A stretch of DNA of 64,000 bases from an uncultured Ignavibacteriales bacterium (GCA_964611355.1 CAZSYD010000004.1:9034-73033), one strand, 5' to 3'. Shown: positions 38,250-49,140, numbered from the stretch's first letter. The notes: a model not told the origin generated them from the sequence alone. A program made the numbers and translations.

Positions 38250-39407
38250 CTAAACGCCCAGCGTTTCCCTTAGCTTGGCGAAGAATGACCTGGATGATTT
38301 TGGGGGTTTAAATGACTCGGAGCGGGATATTTCGCTGAGGAGTTCCTTATCCGACTCCGATAGTTTTTTGGGCGTCCAGACGTGCACCTGAATCAGTTGA
38401 TCGCCCCGTCCCCGGCGGCGAAGATACGGGATGCCTATCCCTTTCAAGCGGAAAACCTTGCCGGTCTGGGTTCCGGCGGGAATTTCCAATATATCGGTAC
38501 CATTCAGGACAGGGATTTCTATCGAGCCGCCCAGTGCCGCCGTGGCGAATGAGATCGGCACCTGGCAGATTAAATCATTGTCTCTGCGGGTGAAAATCTC
38601 ATGCTCTTTCTCTTCAATAATGACGATCAAATCCCCCGGCGGTCCTCCCTGAAAACCAACGTTACCTTTTCCTTCAATTGGAATATAATTTCCGGCCGAA
38701 ACGCCGCCCGGGATATCAACGCTGATTGTAGTCTGTTCTTTAATCCGCCCCTGACCGCCGCAGGCAGGACAGGGCGTCGCAATAACCTCGCCGGCGCCGC
38801 CGCATACATCACAGGTGGTAACATTTATCATCTGGCCGAAAAGCGAACGGGTTACCCGCCTGATCTGACCCGCTCCCTTACACTGCGGGCATATCTTTCT
38901 GCTTGTACCCGGAGCCGTCCCGTGACCCGAACAATCCGGGCAGACCGCCATCCGTTTGACGCGGAGCTTCTTGGTAACTCCGGCGGCGATTTCCTCCAGC
39001 GTCAGGCTTATGCGCACCTGTAAATCCTGGCCGCGGTTATTTACCCGCCCGGACCGGCGGCCACCTCCGAAAAGATCTTCAAAACCGCCGCCGAATCCGC
39101 CAAAATCACGCATAAAAGCGCGCAAAGCGTCGGCCAGATCAAAACCTTCAAATCCGAAGCCTCCGCCGAAACCGGCTCCGGTTCCGAGACCGGCATGACC
39201 AAACTGGTCATACCGCTGTCTCTTGGCCGGATCTTTGAGGACCTCGTATGCTTCAGTCGCCTCCTTGAATTTCTCTTCTGCTTCCGCGTTGCCCGGGTTT
39301 TTATCGGGGTGATATTTCAGCGCCCGTTGCCGGTACGCTTTTTTTATCTCTTCCTCACCAGCCGAACGAGAAACACCAAGTATTTCGTAATAATCGCGCT
39401 TCGCCAT
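38250..39407 (-). CDS. dnaJ: Molecular chaperone DnaJ
   Basis: J-domain DYYEILGV...YHPDKN, a G/F region, and four CxxCxGxG zinc-finger repeats. Confidence 0.95.
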   Translation of the reverse strand: MAKRDYYEILGVSRSAGEEEIKKAYRQRALKYHPDKNPGNAEAEEKFKEATEAYEVLKDPAKRQRYDQFGHAGLGTGAGFGGGFGFEGFDLADALRAFMRDFGGFGGGFEDLFGGGRRSGRVNNRGQDLQVRISLTLEEIAAGVTKKLRVKRMAVCPDCSGHGTAPGTSRKICPQCKGAGQIRRVTRSLFGQMINVTTCDVCGGAGEVIATPCPACGGQGRIKEQTTISVDIPGGVSAGNYIPIEGKGNVGFQGGPPGDLIVIIEEKEHEIFTRRDNDLICQVPISFATAALGGSIEIPVLNGTDILEIPAGTQTGKVFRLKGIGIPYLRRRGRGDQLIQVHVWTPKKLSESDKELLSEISRSESFKPPKSSRSFFAKLRETLGV

Positions 39408-39423
39408 TTATATCGCGATCAGT

Positions 39424-41352
39424 CTATTTCTTATCGTCTTCATCAACTACTTCAAAGTCGGCATTAACCGCGCCGTCCTTGCCGCCTTCGTCGCCGGCTT
39501 CACCGGTTGTCTGCTGTTCGGCAGTCTCAGCCCCCGCGGCCGCCTGCTGGGCGCCGCTCTGTTTGTATATCTCCGCCGCGAGCGCGTGCGAAGCCTGATT
39601 TAATTCCTCCATAGCATCTTTAATGGTTTGCACCGAATCGGAGTTCTGCACGGATTTTACCTTCTCGATGGCGGCTTCGATTTTCTTTTTATCATCCTCT
39701 CCGACTTTGTCGCCGTATTCTTTAAGTGTCTTCTCCGTAGTATAAACAAGCTGATCCGCCTCGTTGCGGGTCTGAATCAATTCCCGCTTGGCCTTATCCT
39801 CGGTTTCGTGGGCGTCGGCATCCGTAACCATCTTTTTAATCTCCTCCTCGGACAGGCCCGAAGACGATTCGATTTTTATCTTCTGCTCCTTGCCGGTACC
39901 GAGGTCTTTCGCCGAAACATGCACGATACCATTGGCGTCGATGTCGAAAGTGACCTCGATCTGAGGCATCCCTCGCGGCGCAGAAGGTATGCCGACCAGA
40001 TCAAACCGTCCCAGGGTACGGTTGTCGACGGCCATTTCGCGCTCGCCCTGGAGCACGTGAATCGAAACAGCCGGCTGGTTGTCGGAGGCGGTTGAGAATA
40101 TTTGCGATTTCTTGGTTGGAATGGTGGTGTTGCGATCAATCAGCGTGGTCATAACGCTGCCGAGAGTCTCGATACCAAGCGAAAGCGGAGTAACGTCAAG
40201 GAGAACAATATCTTTAAGGTCACCGGCCAGAACGCCCGCCTGAATAGCGGCGCCTATGGCCACGACTTCGTCCGGGTTAACCCCGCGGTTCGGATCCCGG
40301 CCAAAAACCTGTTTAACCGTTTCCTGCACTTTCGGCATGCGGGTCATGCCGCCGACAAGAATTACTTCATCAATGTCCGAAGGAGCCAGACCGGCATCCT
40401 CAATAGCGCTGCGGCATGGACCGACCGAACGCTGAATCAGATCATCCACCAGAGCCTCGAATTTGGCGCGGGAGAGCGTCAGATCGAGATGCCTGGGGCC
40501 GGACTGATCGGCGGTGACGAACGGCAGGTTGATGTTGGTCTGCATCGTGGTGGACAGTTCTATCTTGGCCTTTTCAGCCGCTTCTTTCAGCCGTTGCAGA
40601 GCCATACGGTCCTTGCGCAGGTCGATGGCGTTGGTTTTCTTGAATTCATCGGCCATCCAATCGATAATCCGCTGGTCGAAATCGTCTCCGCCCAGATGGG
40701 TGTCGCCATTGGTGGAGCGAACCTCGAAAACGCCGTCACCGAGTTCCAAAATCGAAATATCGAAAGTACCGCCGCCAAGATCAAAAACGGCGATCTTCTG
40801 ATTTTGCTTCTTCTCCAACCCAAACGCGAGAGACGCCGCCGTCGGCTCATTGATGATACGCAGCACTTCCAGACCGGCAATACGACCGGCATCCTTGGTA
40901 GCTTGCCTCTGGCTATCATTAAAATAGGCCGGTACGGTTATAACCGCCTGCCTGACCTCGCCGCCGAGATAATCCTCGGCGGTTTTCTTGAGATTCTGCA
41001 GGATCATGGCCGAAATCTCGGGCGGAGCGTGAAGTTCATCGCCCACGGAAATCTTGACCTCGCCATTCTCATCACTGACCACCTTATAGGGGACAATTTT
41101 TTCCTCCTCTTCGACCTCGTTATGGCGGCGGCCCATGAAACGCTTTATCGAGAATATGGTGTTCTCCGAATTGGTAATGGCCTGCCGCTTGGCCGGCGCA
41201 CCGACCAGTCTTTCCCCGTCCTTGGCAAAGGCCACAATCGATGGCGTGGTGCGCCCGCCTTCAGCGTTGGGAATAACGACCGGGGCACCCGCCTCAAGAA
41301 CGGCGACGCACGAATTGGTAGTGCCAAGATCTATACCGATAACCTTATTCAT
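39424..41352 (-). CDS. dnaK: Molecular chaperone DnaK (Hsp70)
   Basis: [36 protein letters not shown]. 642 aa. Confidence 0.97.
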   Translation of the reverse strand: MNKVIGIDLGTTNSCVAVLEAGAPVVIPNAEGGRTTPSIVAFAKDGERLVGAPAKRQAITNSENTIFSIKRFMGRRHNEVEEEEKIVPYKVVSDENGEVKISVGDELHAPPEISAMILQNLKKTAEDYLGGEVRQAVITVPAYFNDSQRQATKDAGRIAGLEVLRIINEPTAASLAFGLEKKQNQKIAVFDLGGGTFDISILELGDGVFEVRSTNGDTHLGGDDFDQRIIDWMADEFKKTNAIDLRKDRMALQRLKEAAEKAKIELSTTMQTNINLPFVTADQSGPRHLDLTLSRAKFEALVDDLIQRSVGPCRSAIEDAGLAPSDIDEVILVGGMTRMPKVQETVKQVFGRDPNRGVNPDEVVAIGAAIQAGVLAGDLKDIVLLDVTPLSLGIETLGSVMTTLIDRNTTIPTKKSQIFSTASDNQPAVSIHVLQGEREMAVDNRTLGRFDLVGIPSAPRGMPQIEVTFDIDANGIVHVSAKDLGTGKEQKIKIESSSGLSEEEIKKMVTDADAHETEDKAKRELIQTRNEADQLVYTTEKTLKEYGDKVGEDDKKKIEAAIEKVKSVQNSDSVQTIKDAMEELNQASHALAAEIYKQSGAQQAAAGAETAEQQTTGEAGDEGGKDGAVNADFEVVDEDDKK

Positions 41353-41381
41353 GGCATTTTCTCCTCCCTTTATCCGGAGAC

Positions 41382-42044
41382 TTATTTATTTTCGTTCTTT
41401 TCTTCCCGTGTTTTCTTTTTGCCGTTGCTGACAATCACCCGCGCATAACGCAGGACGCGATCATCCAGCCGGTATCCTTTCTGCAACTCTCCACAGACGA
41501 TACCCTCGTCATATTCATCTGATTCCTGCTGCATCATCGCTTCGTGGCGATTGGGGTCAAACGGTTTTCCGACCGCCTCAATCGGGCTAACCCGCTCCTT
41601 CTCCAGAAGGCCTGCAAGCTGATTGTAGATCAGCTCAACTCCCTTTCGATACGCCTCAATATCTCCCTCGGCGGTTTGACCATCAAGCGCTCGCTCAAAA
41701 TTATCCTTTATTTCAATCAGCTCTTTCAGGAGCCTGATGTTGGCCATTTTTATTACTTCACCAAACTCGCGCGAGGTTCGTTTCTTGTAATTATCAAACT
41801 CCGCCGCCAGCCGCAAATATCGTTCCGACTCGGTTTCGACAGGTTCTTCCGGCTCTTCTTCCTTTTGCTCTTCTCCGCCTGTCTGCCCCTTCGCTTCTTC
41901 TGCCTCTTCAATAACCTCGCCGAAAGTTGCCGAGTCATTTTCCGAAACGATATCAACTTTCACTTCCGCTTCCGGTCTTTCATTTTCCTTCCGATTAAGA
42001 TTATCATCGACGGGTTCGTTAGTCTCAGCTTTTCCCTTTTCCAT
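41382..42044 (-). CDS. grpE: Nucleotide exchange factor GrpE
   Basis: Acidic N-terminus, [16 protein letters not shown], and C-terminal FDPNRHEAM...[14 protein letters not shown]. Confidence 0.92.
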   Translation of the reverse strand: MEKGKAETNEPVDDNLNRKENERPEAEVKVDIVSENDSATFGEVIEEAEEAKGQTGGEEQKEEEPEEPVETESERYLRLAAEFDNYKKRTSREFGEVIKMANIRLLKELIEIKDNFERALDGQTAEGDIEAYRKGVELIYNQLAGLLEKERVSPIEAVGKPFDPNRHEAMMQQESDEYDEGIVCGELQKGYRLDDRVLRYARVIVSNGKKKTREEKNENK

Positions 42045-42068
42045 ATAACCGCTCCGGTAACAATAAGC

Positions 42069-43103
42069 CTACTTTGCCTTAAACGCCTTGCTTAGCTGTC
42101 GAGCAGCATATTTGACCAGCGAAACCAGCCGGGCATACGGCATCCGAGTCGGTCCGATGACGCCGATGGTTCCGATGGTATTGCCGGCCTCATATGATGC
42201 CGAGACAACCGAACATGACTGGATTTCACGAGCGCGATTTTCCGCCCCGATGGTTATAACGATCCCGCTTTCGCTCCCCTTGGCTTCACGAAGAATCTCA
42301 ATTAATCCGGTACGCCGCTCCAGCAATTTTACGATGCCCTGGAGTTTTTCCCGATTGGCAAACTCCGGCTGGCCGATAATATTCTCCGTGCCGCCGACAT
42401 GCATCTGCTCAAAATCAAGGGTTTTCCAGATATCGGAATCATCATCTATAAAAAGCCGTAAAAGCCGGGGATTCCCGCCCGAGTTGGCCAGTCTTTCCTG
42501 GATCGTGGTGTGGATAAGCCCGAGGCTCAACCCGGCCAGCTTTTCGTTCAAAACCTGCGAAATATCAGCAAGCTCCACCATGCCTATGGAGGCGTCCACT
42601 TCAACCAGGATTGTGCGCGCCAGTCCGGATTTAAAGGCCAGAACAACCAGTACTTTCCCTTCGGCCATTTGGATCAATTCTATCCGGGAAAGCACCGAAT
42701 CGTCAAGCTTGGGCGAAATGGTTATTCCGAGTTGGTTCGAAAGCTCCGCCAGAATACGCGAGGTCTGTTCGAGAATAGAATCAATGCCGCCGGCGCTGGA
42801 GCCAATGATAGCGTCAATTGTTTTTTTCTCCCCATCCGCCAACGGTTCCCGGCGGAGAAGGTAATCGACAAAATGTCTGTAACCGGCATCAGTTGGAACA
42901 CGACCGGCGGAGGTATGCGGTTGCCGAACAAGCCCCATCTCCTCCAAATCCTGCATGGTGTTGCGTATGGTGGCGGGAGAAATACCAAGCCTGTATTTAT
43001 TCGCAATAACCCGGGAACCGACCGGATCGGCGCATGCTACGTAATGCGAAATCAGACAGCCCAGAACCTTCTTCTCCCGCTCGCAAAGATTTTCAAAACC
43101 CAT
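42069..43103 (-). CDS. hrcA: Heat-inducible transcription repressor HrcA
   Basis: REKKVLGCLISHYVACADPVGSRVIANKY..ISPATIRNTMQDLEEMGLVRQPHTSAGRVPTDAGYR. The start is set to ATG at 43103, because the track's longer ORF runs through the CIRCE operator. Confidence 0.9.
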   Translation of the reverse strand: MGFENLCEREKKVLGCLISHYVACADPVGSRVIANKYRLGISPATIRNTMQDLEEMGLVRQPHTSAGRVPTDAGYRHFVDYLLRREPLADGEKKTIDAIIGSSAGGIDSILEQTSRILAELSNQLGITISPKLDDSVLSRIELIQMAEGKVLVVLAFKSGLARTILVEVDASIGMVELADISQVLNEKLAGLSLGLIHTTIQERLANSGGNPRLLRLFIDDDSDIWKTLDFEQMHVGGTENIIGQPEFANREKLQGIVKLLERRTGLIEILREAKGSESGIVITIGAENRAREIQSCSVVSASYEAGNTIGTIGVIGPTRMPYARLVSLVKYAARQLSKAFKAK

Positions 43104-43140
43104 GTTAATATTCAACCATTCAACAGGATAGACCCGTACT

Positions 43141-43167
43141 TTGGCACTCTCCACAGTAGAGTGATAA
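43141..43167. promoter_or_regulatory. CIRCE operator (HrcA binding site)
   Basis: TTGGCACTC-N9-GAGTGATAA versus consensus TTAGCACTC-N9-GAGTGCTAA. It lies 38 nt upstream of the hrcA start. Confidence 0.85.
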
Positions 43168-43264
43168 AAGAACGATATAAACCGCCCTTTTGTCAACCAT
43201 TATTTAACATACGGAAGTTCAACAGGTTCCCATCGGGGAATCCGATGGGTAAAGACAGGTATAT

Positions 43265-43600
43265 CTATTTCTTTCGCTTTTCCCCGGTTTGCTGCGAACC
43301 GGATTTTTCCTTTTTGGTCTTTGTGGTCTTTTTGGTGATGACCTTCTTTTCGGCCCGATCGTCGATGCCGTTGTTATTGTCGTCTATGAAATCGTCGTAA
43401 GTCTTTTTGTATCGGCTTTGGTCAGTTTTAATAATACCCTGCTGGCTATCGGTTTTTCCTGCCTTCTGCTCTTCCTTGATTACATTGACTTTAGCCTTGT
43501 TCGTCTTTTTGCCTTTGCTGGTCTTATCGACGCCCGCTGTCGCGCCTGTCCACAGCATACACAGACAAACGATTAATATAACTCTCAAAAAAACTTTCAT
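43265..43600 (-). CDS. Small secreted Lys-rich protein, unknown function
   Basis: Signal peptide MKVFLRVILIVCLCMLWTGATAG, followed by a low-complexity K/T/E-rich sequence. Confidence 0.5.
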   Translation of the reverse strand: MKVFLRVILIVCLCMLWTGATAGVDKTSKGKKTNKAKVNVIKEEQKAGKTDSQQGIIKTDQSRYKKTYDDFIDDNNNGIDDRAEKKVITKKTTKTKKEKSGSQQTGEKRKK

Positions 43601-43660
43601 AAGATCACCCGCTAATTCAATATACCATAAATCGGCACTCTCGATGACTATAAAACATTC

Positions 43661-45130
43661 TTACCGCTTTTTTCCTTGGCCCGAAGATACATGCCCGGCC
43701 GAGCTGTTTCCAGGGGACGATTTTGCGCCCGACGAAGCACGGACGACGCTTCCGGTTGATGATTTCCGCGATGATGATTCCGAGCTTTTGTAACTTCCCG
43801 ATGATTTTGACCCTGAGATCGAACTTTGCGAACCGCCGCCCTTCTTTGATGATCCGGAACTCTTGTAGTCTCCCGTGGATTTCTTGGGCGAACTTGAGCT
43901 TTTGGAACCGCCTGAAGATTCTTTTGATGAACCCGAGCTCTTGTAACTTCCCGAAGATTTACCGGTTGAACCGGAGGTCTTGGAACCGCCCGAAGATTTC
44001 TTCGATGAACTCGAACTCTTGTAACTTCCCGACGATTTTTGGGTAGAAGTCGATCCTTTGTATTCACCGGAAGGTTTTTTCGACGACTTCGAGCTTTTAT
44101 AGCTCCCTGATGACCTTTCGGAAACTCCGGAGCTTTTGTAACTGCCGGTTGACCCTTTAGTCGAATATCCGGTTTTCTTGTAACTATCCGCTCGAACGCT
44201 TTTGACCCGCTTGCCCGACTTGACAAAACCGGCGCGGTCGTACTTGGCGGCCTGTTTTCGGACATCCTTGTACCGGCTGGCGGTTGTTCGGCTCGTTTTT
44301 ACCCGCGACCGGTCAAGATAAATGGTATGGTTGTGTTGAACGTAGATCCTGCTCTCCCAACAGTAACCATAACGGTCGTAAATAGTAAACCACTGATACC
44401 CGATAACCACTCTGGGTATCCACAGCGGGGCAATACCGAAAAAGATACCGTTGATGTAGACTTCACCGCCGTAAGGATAGTCAATATAGATAACCGCATA
44501 GTCGGGGTAGTCATACCAGTAGTGCGGGATATAAACCGGCTTGTAATAGTACCTCGGTGCCTTTACGTAGATCAACGCCTGATCGAAACCGCGCGGGCAG
44601 TCGCCCCATCGACAGTTGAAATAACGCTCGTTAATAAACTCGATAAAATCATCACGATCGTCGTAGTAATCGCAATTGACCGAGGCACCGCCGTACCAGT
44701 CGGGAATATCCAGCAGCTCGGTTGAAGCCACCGCCTGAATATGCTCAATCCCTTCCGGCCCGCTAACGACCAGGTTGTAATCGTCGTAACGGCCCGGGAT
44801 GGTATAAATCTCACCGCCCAACACGCGGCCGTTGTCCCTGCTATCGACGGGATACAGAAGATTTACGTCGCCGCGGGTATCGACGCTGTAGATGGCGACA
44901 TAGCCGTCCCGATCGGCACGGAAGGAGATGGTTATATTTTCTCCCTCGTAATAGATACCGTCTTCATTATCAACCCAGACCTCAACGCCGATATCTCCTC
45001 GCATGTAATCGTCGGGAGGATACTCTTTTTGCAGATTCTCCGCTCCTGCCGTAACGGGCAGAAAAATAAAAGTCAGCGCCAACACCGGGAGAATCGATAT
45101 TATGGTTAACTTTTTCATTTTATTTCCCAC
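43661..45130 (-). CDS. Secreted DUF4384 + PEGA-like domain protein with Ser/Lys/Gly-rich repeat tail
   Basis: Signal peptide. DUF4384-like GENITISFRADRDGYVAIYSVDTRGDVNLLYP. PEGA-like YPYGGEVYINGIFFGIAPLW. The C-terminal ~190 aa consist of (K)SSGSYKSSxSSKKxSGGSK-type repeats. Confidence 0.65.
   Translation of the reverse strand: MGNKMKKLTIISILPVLALTFIFLPVTAGAENLQKEYPPDDYMRGDIGVEVWVDNEDGIYYEGENITISFRADRDGYVAIYSVDTRGDVNLLYPVDSRDNGRVLGGEIYTIPGRYDDYNLVVSGPEGIEHIQAVASTELLDIPDWYGGASVNCDYYDDRDDFIEFINERYFNCRWGDCPRGFDQALIYVKAPRYYYKPVYIPHYWYDYPDYAVIYIDYPYGGEVYINGIFFGIAPLWIPRVVIGYQWFTIYDRYGYCWESRIYVQHNHTIYLDRSRVKTSRTTASRYKDVRKQAAKYDRAGFVKSGKRVKSVRADSYKKTGYSTKGSTGSYKSSGVSERSSGSYKSSKSSKKPSGEYKGSTSTQKSSGSYKSSSSSKKSSGGSKTSGSTGKSSGSYKSSGSSKESSGGSKSSSSPKKSTGDYKSSGSSKKGGGSQSSISGSKSSGSYKSSESSSRKSSTGSVVRASSGAKSSPGNSSAGHVSSGQGKKR
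43775..44160. repeat. Imperfect ~78-nt tandem repeat (about 5 copies) encoding the Ser/Lys/Gly tail
   Basis: Recurring cores at about 78-nt spacing: gagcttttgtaacttcccgatg (~43781), gaactcttgtagtctcccgtgg (~43856), gagctcttgtaacttcccgaag (~43935), gaactcttgtaacttcccgacg (~44013), gagcttttatagctccctgatg (~44091). Confidence 0.6.
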
Positions 45131-45152
45131 CTTTCCTTAAATCGCCTACAAT

Positions 45153-46034
45153 TCAAACGGCCGATTTTTCAATTTGTGTCGCTTCGCCGGTATTCCTTAG
45201 ATAACCGGGCAGGCGGTCAGGGCGCCGTTTCAACTCCCGGTTACCCGGATCAACCTGATAACCCCAGTCGAATATAACGCCTCCTTCGCCAATCTCCCCG
45301 ACTCTGACCTTGGCAAAATGATTATCGTCGGTCCAGATAACATAAGTATGGTGCAAAATCACCTCACACCAGCCGTTCTGCGACCAGCCCGAATCAGCGG
45401 GAGGGGAATAATCGATTTCATCGAAATTGCCGGTGTACCCCATATCCTGAATATCCGTCATTTCATTGCCGACGTTGAAATAGAAAACATCGTCGCCTGG
45501 GAAATATTCCAGGTAGAAATCGCAATCCCCGTCCTCCCAGTTAACCAACCGTCGGCCGTTAAGATCCCAGCCGGAAAAATCGGGACTGGCATCGAAATCA
45601 TAGATGATTTGATTGAATCCTTCTGGGCGCGGAGTATCAGGGACATATTCGTATGACAGGTCTGAAAGATTACCGTCCACGTCAACCGACGAAACCGCAT
45701 AATAGTAGGTGTGACCATTGATAACATCGTTGTCGAGGAAGTATTCATTTATCGTGGTTCCGATTTCCCAGTATCCGGTATCGGGATGATGATCCGAACG
45801 ATAGACAACATAAAAGGCGAAATCGCTGTTGACGTCATCAATCGGCAACCAGTACAGATAGACCTCGCCGTCTCCGGTAACCGAATAGACCCCCTGAGGC
45901 ACCGGCGAAGGAACGTCTTTATATATATACACAATCTGATCATCGTCATCGCAGCCCGTTAATATACCGCCGACCAGAACGAATACAAATATCACTATCA
46001 TGCGTGACACTATATGGAAGATTCGCCTTTTCAT
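45153..46034 (-). CDS. Lipoprotein with fibronectin type III-like domain
   Basis: Lipobox GGILTGC|DDDD. FN3-like VYSVTGDGEVYLYWLP...YVVYRSD...GHTYYYAVSSVDVDGNLS. Start taken as MKRRIF (46034). Confidence 0.65.
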   Translation of the reverse strand: MKRRIFHIVSRMIVIFVFVLVGGILTGCDDDDQIVYIYKDVPSPVPQGVYSVTGDGEVYLYWLPIDDVNSDFAFYVVYRSDHHPDTGYWEIGTTINEYFLDNDVINGHTYYYAVSSVDVDGNLSDLSYEYVPDTPRPEGFNQIIYDFDASPDFSGWDLNGRRLVNWEDGDCDFYLEYFPGDDVFYFNVGNEMTDIQDMGYTGNFDEIDYSPPADSGWSQNGWCEVILHHTYVIWTDDNHFAKVRVGEIGEGGVIFDWGYQVDPGNRELKRRPDRLPGYLRNTGEATQIEKSAV

Positions 46035-46283
46035 AAACACCTCCGTTATCATTTCACAAAATAGTAATGCAAAAGATATGCCATAAAGTTACAGGCGTGC
46101 TATCTTATTACGACACAAAAGATTGCCGAAACCGCGCGCCAAGTCCCCAAATCTTAGACCGACAATCGCACATATTTTGTGCGCCCACCTCTCATAGAAG
46201 ACCAATAATCAGGCGCCGGTCGCAAGTAATTATATGCGATTCATTCGGGGACAATGTTATAGTTGCGTCAGGATAGAAAGCTC

Positions 46284-46312
46284 TTGCATTGGACGACAAA
46301 ATTGGTTAATAA
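46284..46312 (+). promoter_or_regulatory. Candidate sigma70-type promoter for purD (TTGCAT-17 nt-TAATAA)
   Basis: Read directly. It lies about 25 nt upstream of the purD ATG region. The promoter consensus of this lineage is unknown. Confidence 0.3.
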
Positions 46313-46337
46313 TTATTTTTTATCATAGGAATATACT

Positions 46338-47603
46338 ATGAAAATACTCGTAGTTGGTTCAGGGGGACGCGAACATGCTCTGGTCTGGAAACTCAAATCG
46401 TCGCCCCTGGTTAAAAAAATATACGTTGCCCCAGGAAATGACGGTATCGGCCTGATGGCTGAAGCCGTTCGTATCAAAGCCGATGAACTCGAACGGCTGG
46501 CGGAATTCGCTCAGGATAAAAATATCGATTTGACCGTCGTGGGACCGGAGCTTCCTCTTACTTTAGGTATTGTTGACCTGTTTGGAAGTAAAGGCCTTCG
46601 GATTTTCGGGCCGACCAAAAAGGCGGCTGAAATCGAAGGTTCCAAGGCTTTCGCCAAGGAATTCATGCGAAAGTACCATATCCCGACCGCCAGTTTCAAG
46701 ATATTCGACGACAAGAAGCAGGCTCTTGATTTTATCAAAACGGCGGCCTACCCGGTTTTTATTAAGGCCTCGGGACTGGCCGCAGGCAAGGGAGCCATTC
46801 GTGCCAATAACGTCAAGGAAGGCTGCGATATAATCGAACGGATGATGGAGCAAAAAGTTTTTGGCGAGGCCGGCAACAAAATTGTCATCGAAGACTGCCT
46901 GACCGGTCCGGAAGTTACCGTGATGGCCTTTACCGACGGCAAAACGATTTTGCCGATGCTCTCCTCGCAGGATCACAAGCCAATTTTTGATGGCGACAAG
47001 GGACCCAATACCGGCGGCATGGGCGCCTATTGCCCCATCAGCGTCGTCAACGATCAGATGATGCAGACTATTCGGGAGCAAATCCTGGAACCGGCCATCT
47101 ACGGCCTGGAGAAAGAGGGCCGCCGATATAAAGGTATCCTTTATGCCGGGTTAATAGTTGCTCCGATTGGGCCGAAGGTTATAGAGTTTAATTGCCGTTT
47201 CGGCGATCCCGAAACTCAGGCCGTCCTGCCGCTTTTGGAATCGGATTTGGCCGATATTTTTATTGCCATTGTGGACGGAAATCTAAATATAATCGAACCG
47301 GCCTGGAAAAGAGATGCCTCCGTCTGCGTTATTATGTCATCGGCCGGGTATCCCGGCCAGTCGGAAACCGGCAAAAAGATAACCGGATTGCGCACATATC
47401 GGGAAAACCACGCCTATATCTTTCATTCCGGTACAAGGAAAGAAAAAGGCGCCTGGTTAACCGCCGGCGGCCGTGTTCTGGGAGTCACCGCCGTAAACAA
47501 AGATATCAAATCGGCCGCCGATGCGGCCTACAGAACCATCGAGAACATCAGATTCGACGGCGCCCATTATCGCCGGGATATCGCTCACCAGGCATTTAAT
47601 TAA
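46338..47603 (+). CDS. purD: Phosphoribosylamine--glycine ligase
   Basis: MKILVVGSGGREHALVWKL...ATP-grasp...EFNCRFGDPETQ. Confidence 0.95.
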   Translation: MKILVVGSGGREHALVWKLKSSPLVKKIYVAPGNDGIGLMAEAVRIKADELERLAEFAQDKNIDLTVVGPELPLTLGIVDLFGSKGLRIFGPTKKAAEIEGSKAFAKEFMRKYHIPTASFKIFDDKKQALDFIKTAAYPVFIKASGLAAGKGAIRANNVKEGCDIIERMMEQKVFGEAGNKIVIEDCLTGPEVTVMAFTDGKTILPMLSSQDHKPIFDGDKGPNTGGMGAYCPISVVNDQMMQTIREQILEPAIYGLEKEGRRYKGILYAGLIVAPIGPKVIEFNCRFGDPETQAVLPLLESDLADIFIAIVDGNLNIIEPAWKRDASVCVIMSSAGYPGQSETGKKITGLRTYRENHAYIFHSGTRKEKGAWLTAGGRVLGVTAVNKDIKSAADAAYRTIENIRFDGAHYRRDIAHQAFN

Positions 47604-47611
47604 GGATAACG

Positions 47612-48061
47612 ATGAACAAGAAAATCCTGATAATAATCGGTTCCAAATCGGATCAACCATATGCCGACGAAACCGCCGCCATGCTGGATAAATTCGATAT
47701 CGAATATGACATGAAGATATCCTCGGCTCACCGTCATCCTGACCAGACGGCCAGGTTGGCCCGTGAGGCGGCTGAACACGGATTCGGAGTGATAATCTGC
47801 ATCGCCGGTATGGCCGCTCATCTTCCCGGCGCGGTCGCCGCCAATACCAACCTGCCGGTCATCGGCGTGCCTGTTCCGGCAACGCTGGATGGAATCGACT
47901 CGCTCTTATCGATGACCCAGATGCCTCCCGGGATACCGGTGGCGACGGTTGCGGTCGGCAAAGCCGGGGCCAAAAACGGAGCCGTGTTGGCCGCTCGTAT
48001 TCTGGGGCTTTTCGACGACGACATAGCCGAAAAACATCGGCAATATCGGCAGTCGCTTTGA
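47612..48061 (+). CDS. purE: 5-(carboxyamino)imidazole ribonucleotide mutase
   Basis: IIIGSKSD...ISSAHRHP...AGMAAHLPG...PVIGVPV. Confidence 0.93.
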   Translation: MNKKILIIIGSKSDQPYADETAAMLDKFDIEYDMKISSAHRHPDQTARLAREAAEHGFGVIICIAGMAAHLPGAVAANTNLPVIGVPVPATLDGIDSLLSMTQMPPGIPVATVAVGKAGAKNGAVLAARILGLFDDDIAEKHRQYRQSL

Positions 48062-48123
48062 TTTTTCCGGGATATTTTCGTCTGATATTGAATAAAACGA
48101 AATAGAGAATATAAACCAAAACG

Positions 48124-49041
48124 ATGGGAGCGATAATGAGACAAATTGATCCCGGTCATTACCTGAGACTGTCGGCCTTTGTATTGACGGTTGCTTTATT
48201 CTGTTCCGGGAGCATCCGGGCACAGGATACCGAGAAAGCCAAGGAGAACTTTAACCTTGCCCTTGAGGAGCAAAAAAAGGGCGATATTGAAATGGCCGTG
48301 AATTATTATGAAGCGGCCATCGCCAGTGATCCCGGTTTTGCCGACGCCTACCTTAACCTCGGATCGCTGTACTTTGAACAGAAAAGTTATAAGGAAGCGG
48401 CGGAAAACTTCAAAAAGGTTACCGAGGTTACCCCCGATAATCCTGTCGGTTTCGTCAACTACGGTAAAGTCCTGTATGTTCAGAAAAAGGACGAGGAGGC
48501 TCTGGCTGCCTTCCAGGGAGCTCTCAAAGCCGACGAATCGCATATCGAGGCCGAGAAGGAATTGGGTAAACTATACTACTTCCGCCTTAAAAATTACGAC
48601 GAATCGATCAAATCCCTTGAGAAATATCTTAAGAGCGATTCGACCGACAGCTATGCCAATTTCCTGTGCGGCATGGCCTATAAAAAGAAAAAAGATAACA
48701 GCAAGGCGGTATCGTTTTTCGGCAAGGCCATTAGCGCTGATCCAAACCATTTTGAATCGCGCTACAATCTGGCCAATATCTACCTTCAGCAGGAAAGGTT
48801 CAGCCAGGCCATAAAACATTTCAAGAAAGCCTTGAACCTTAAGCCAAAACATTACCTGACCGCCTACAATCTGGCTATTGCGGTCGAATCAAACGACCCG
48901 GAGGATTTCGATGGCGCTATCGCCGCATGGCGGAAATTCCTTAAGATCGCCAGAAAAAACCCCAAGGCGAAAAAGTATATCGAAAGCACTGAGAAACATA
49001 TAAAGGATTTGGAAGACGCCAAAGTTCTTGGAAGCGAATAA
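48124..49041 (+). CDS. Secreted tetratricopeptide-repeat protein
   Basis: Signal-like N-terminus followed by about 7 TPR units (e.g. [27 protein letters not shown]). Confidence 0.7.
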   Translation: MGAIMRQIDPGHYLRLSAFVLTVALFCSGSIRAQDTEKAKENFNLALEEQKKGDIEMAVNYYEAAIASDPGFADAYLNLGSLYFEQKSYKEAAENFKKVTEVTPDNPVGFVNYGKVLYVQKKDEEALAAFQGALKADESHIEAEKELGKLYYFRLKNYDESIKSLEKYLKSDSTDSYANFLCGMAYKKKKDNSKAVSFFGKAISADPNHFESRYNLANIYLQQERFSQAIKHFKKALNLKPKHYLTAYNLAIAVESNDPEDFDGAIAAWRKFLKIARKNPKAKKYIESTEKHIKDLEDAKVLGSE

Positions 49042-49083
49042 CAACTTCTTGTTATCTCATCTCAGCCGGATCAATTATCGAAT

Positions 49084-49123
49084 AAAAAAAGCCCGCCGCG
49101 TGATAAACCGCGTAGCGGGCTTT
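49084..49123. terminator. Bidirectional terminator hairpin between convergent genes
   Basis: A7-gcccgccgcg-tgataaa-ccgcgtagcgggc-TTT. This gives a strong T7 tail on the minus strand and a weaker T3 on the plus strand. Confidence 0.7.
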
Positions 49124-49140
49124 CATACACCCGGATGACA

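Noticed and set aside
40102-41448. 448-aa plus-strand ORF, the third-longest plus-strand ORF in the window.
   Set aside because: It is entirely antisense to dnaK. The sequence is low-complexity (R/G/L-rich) with no motifs. A long shadow ORF opposite hsp70 is a well-known codon-bias artefact, and dnaK on the minus strand is unambiguous.
42088-43400. Two plus-strand ORFs of 258 and 296 aa (42088..42864 and 42510..43400).
   Set aside because: They are antisense to hrcA and to the small Lys-rich gene, and they run across the CIRCE/promoter region. No motifs were recognised.
43648-44265. 205-aa minus-strand ORF rich in R/P/K/N, overlapping the DUF4384 gene in another frame.
   Set aside because: It is generated by the ~78-nt tandem repeat, where alternative frames stay open. 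It has no independent RBS. The DUF4384-frame ORF is continuous with a signal peptide and recognisable domains.
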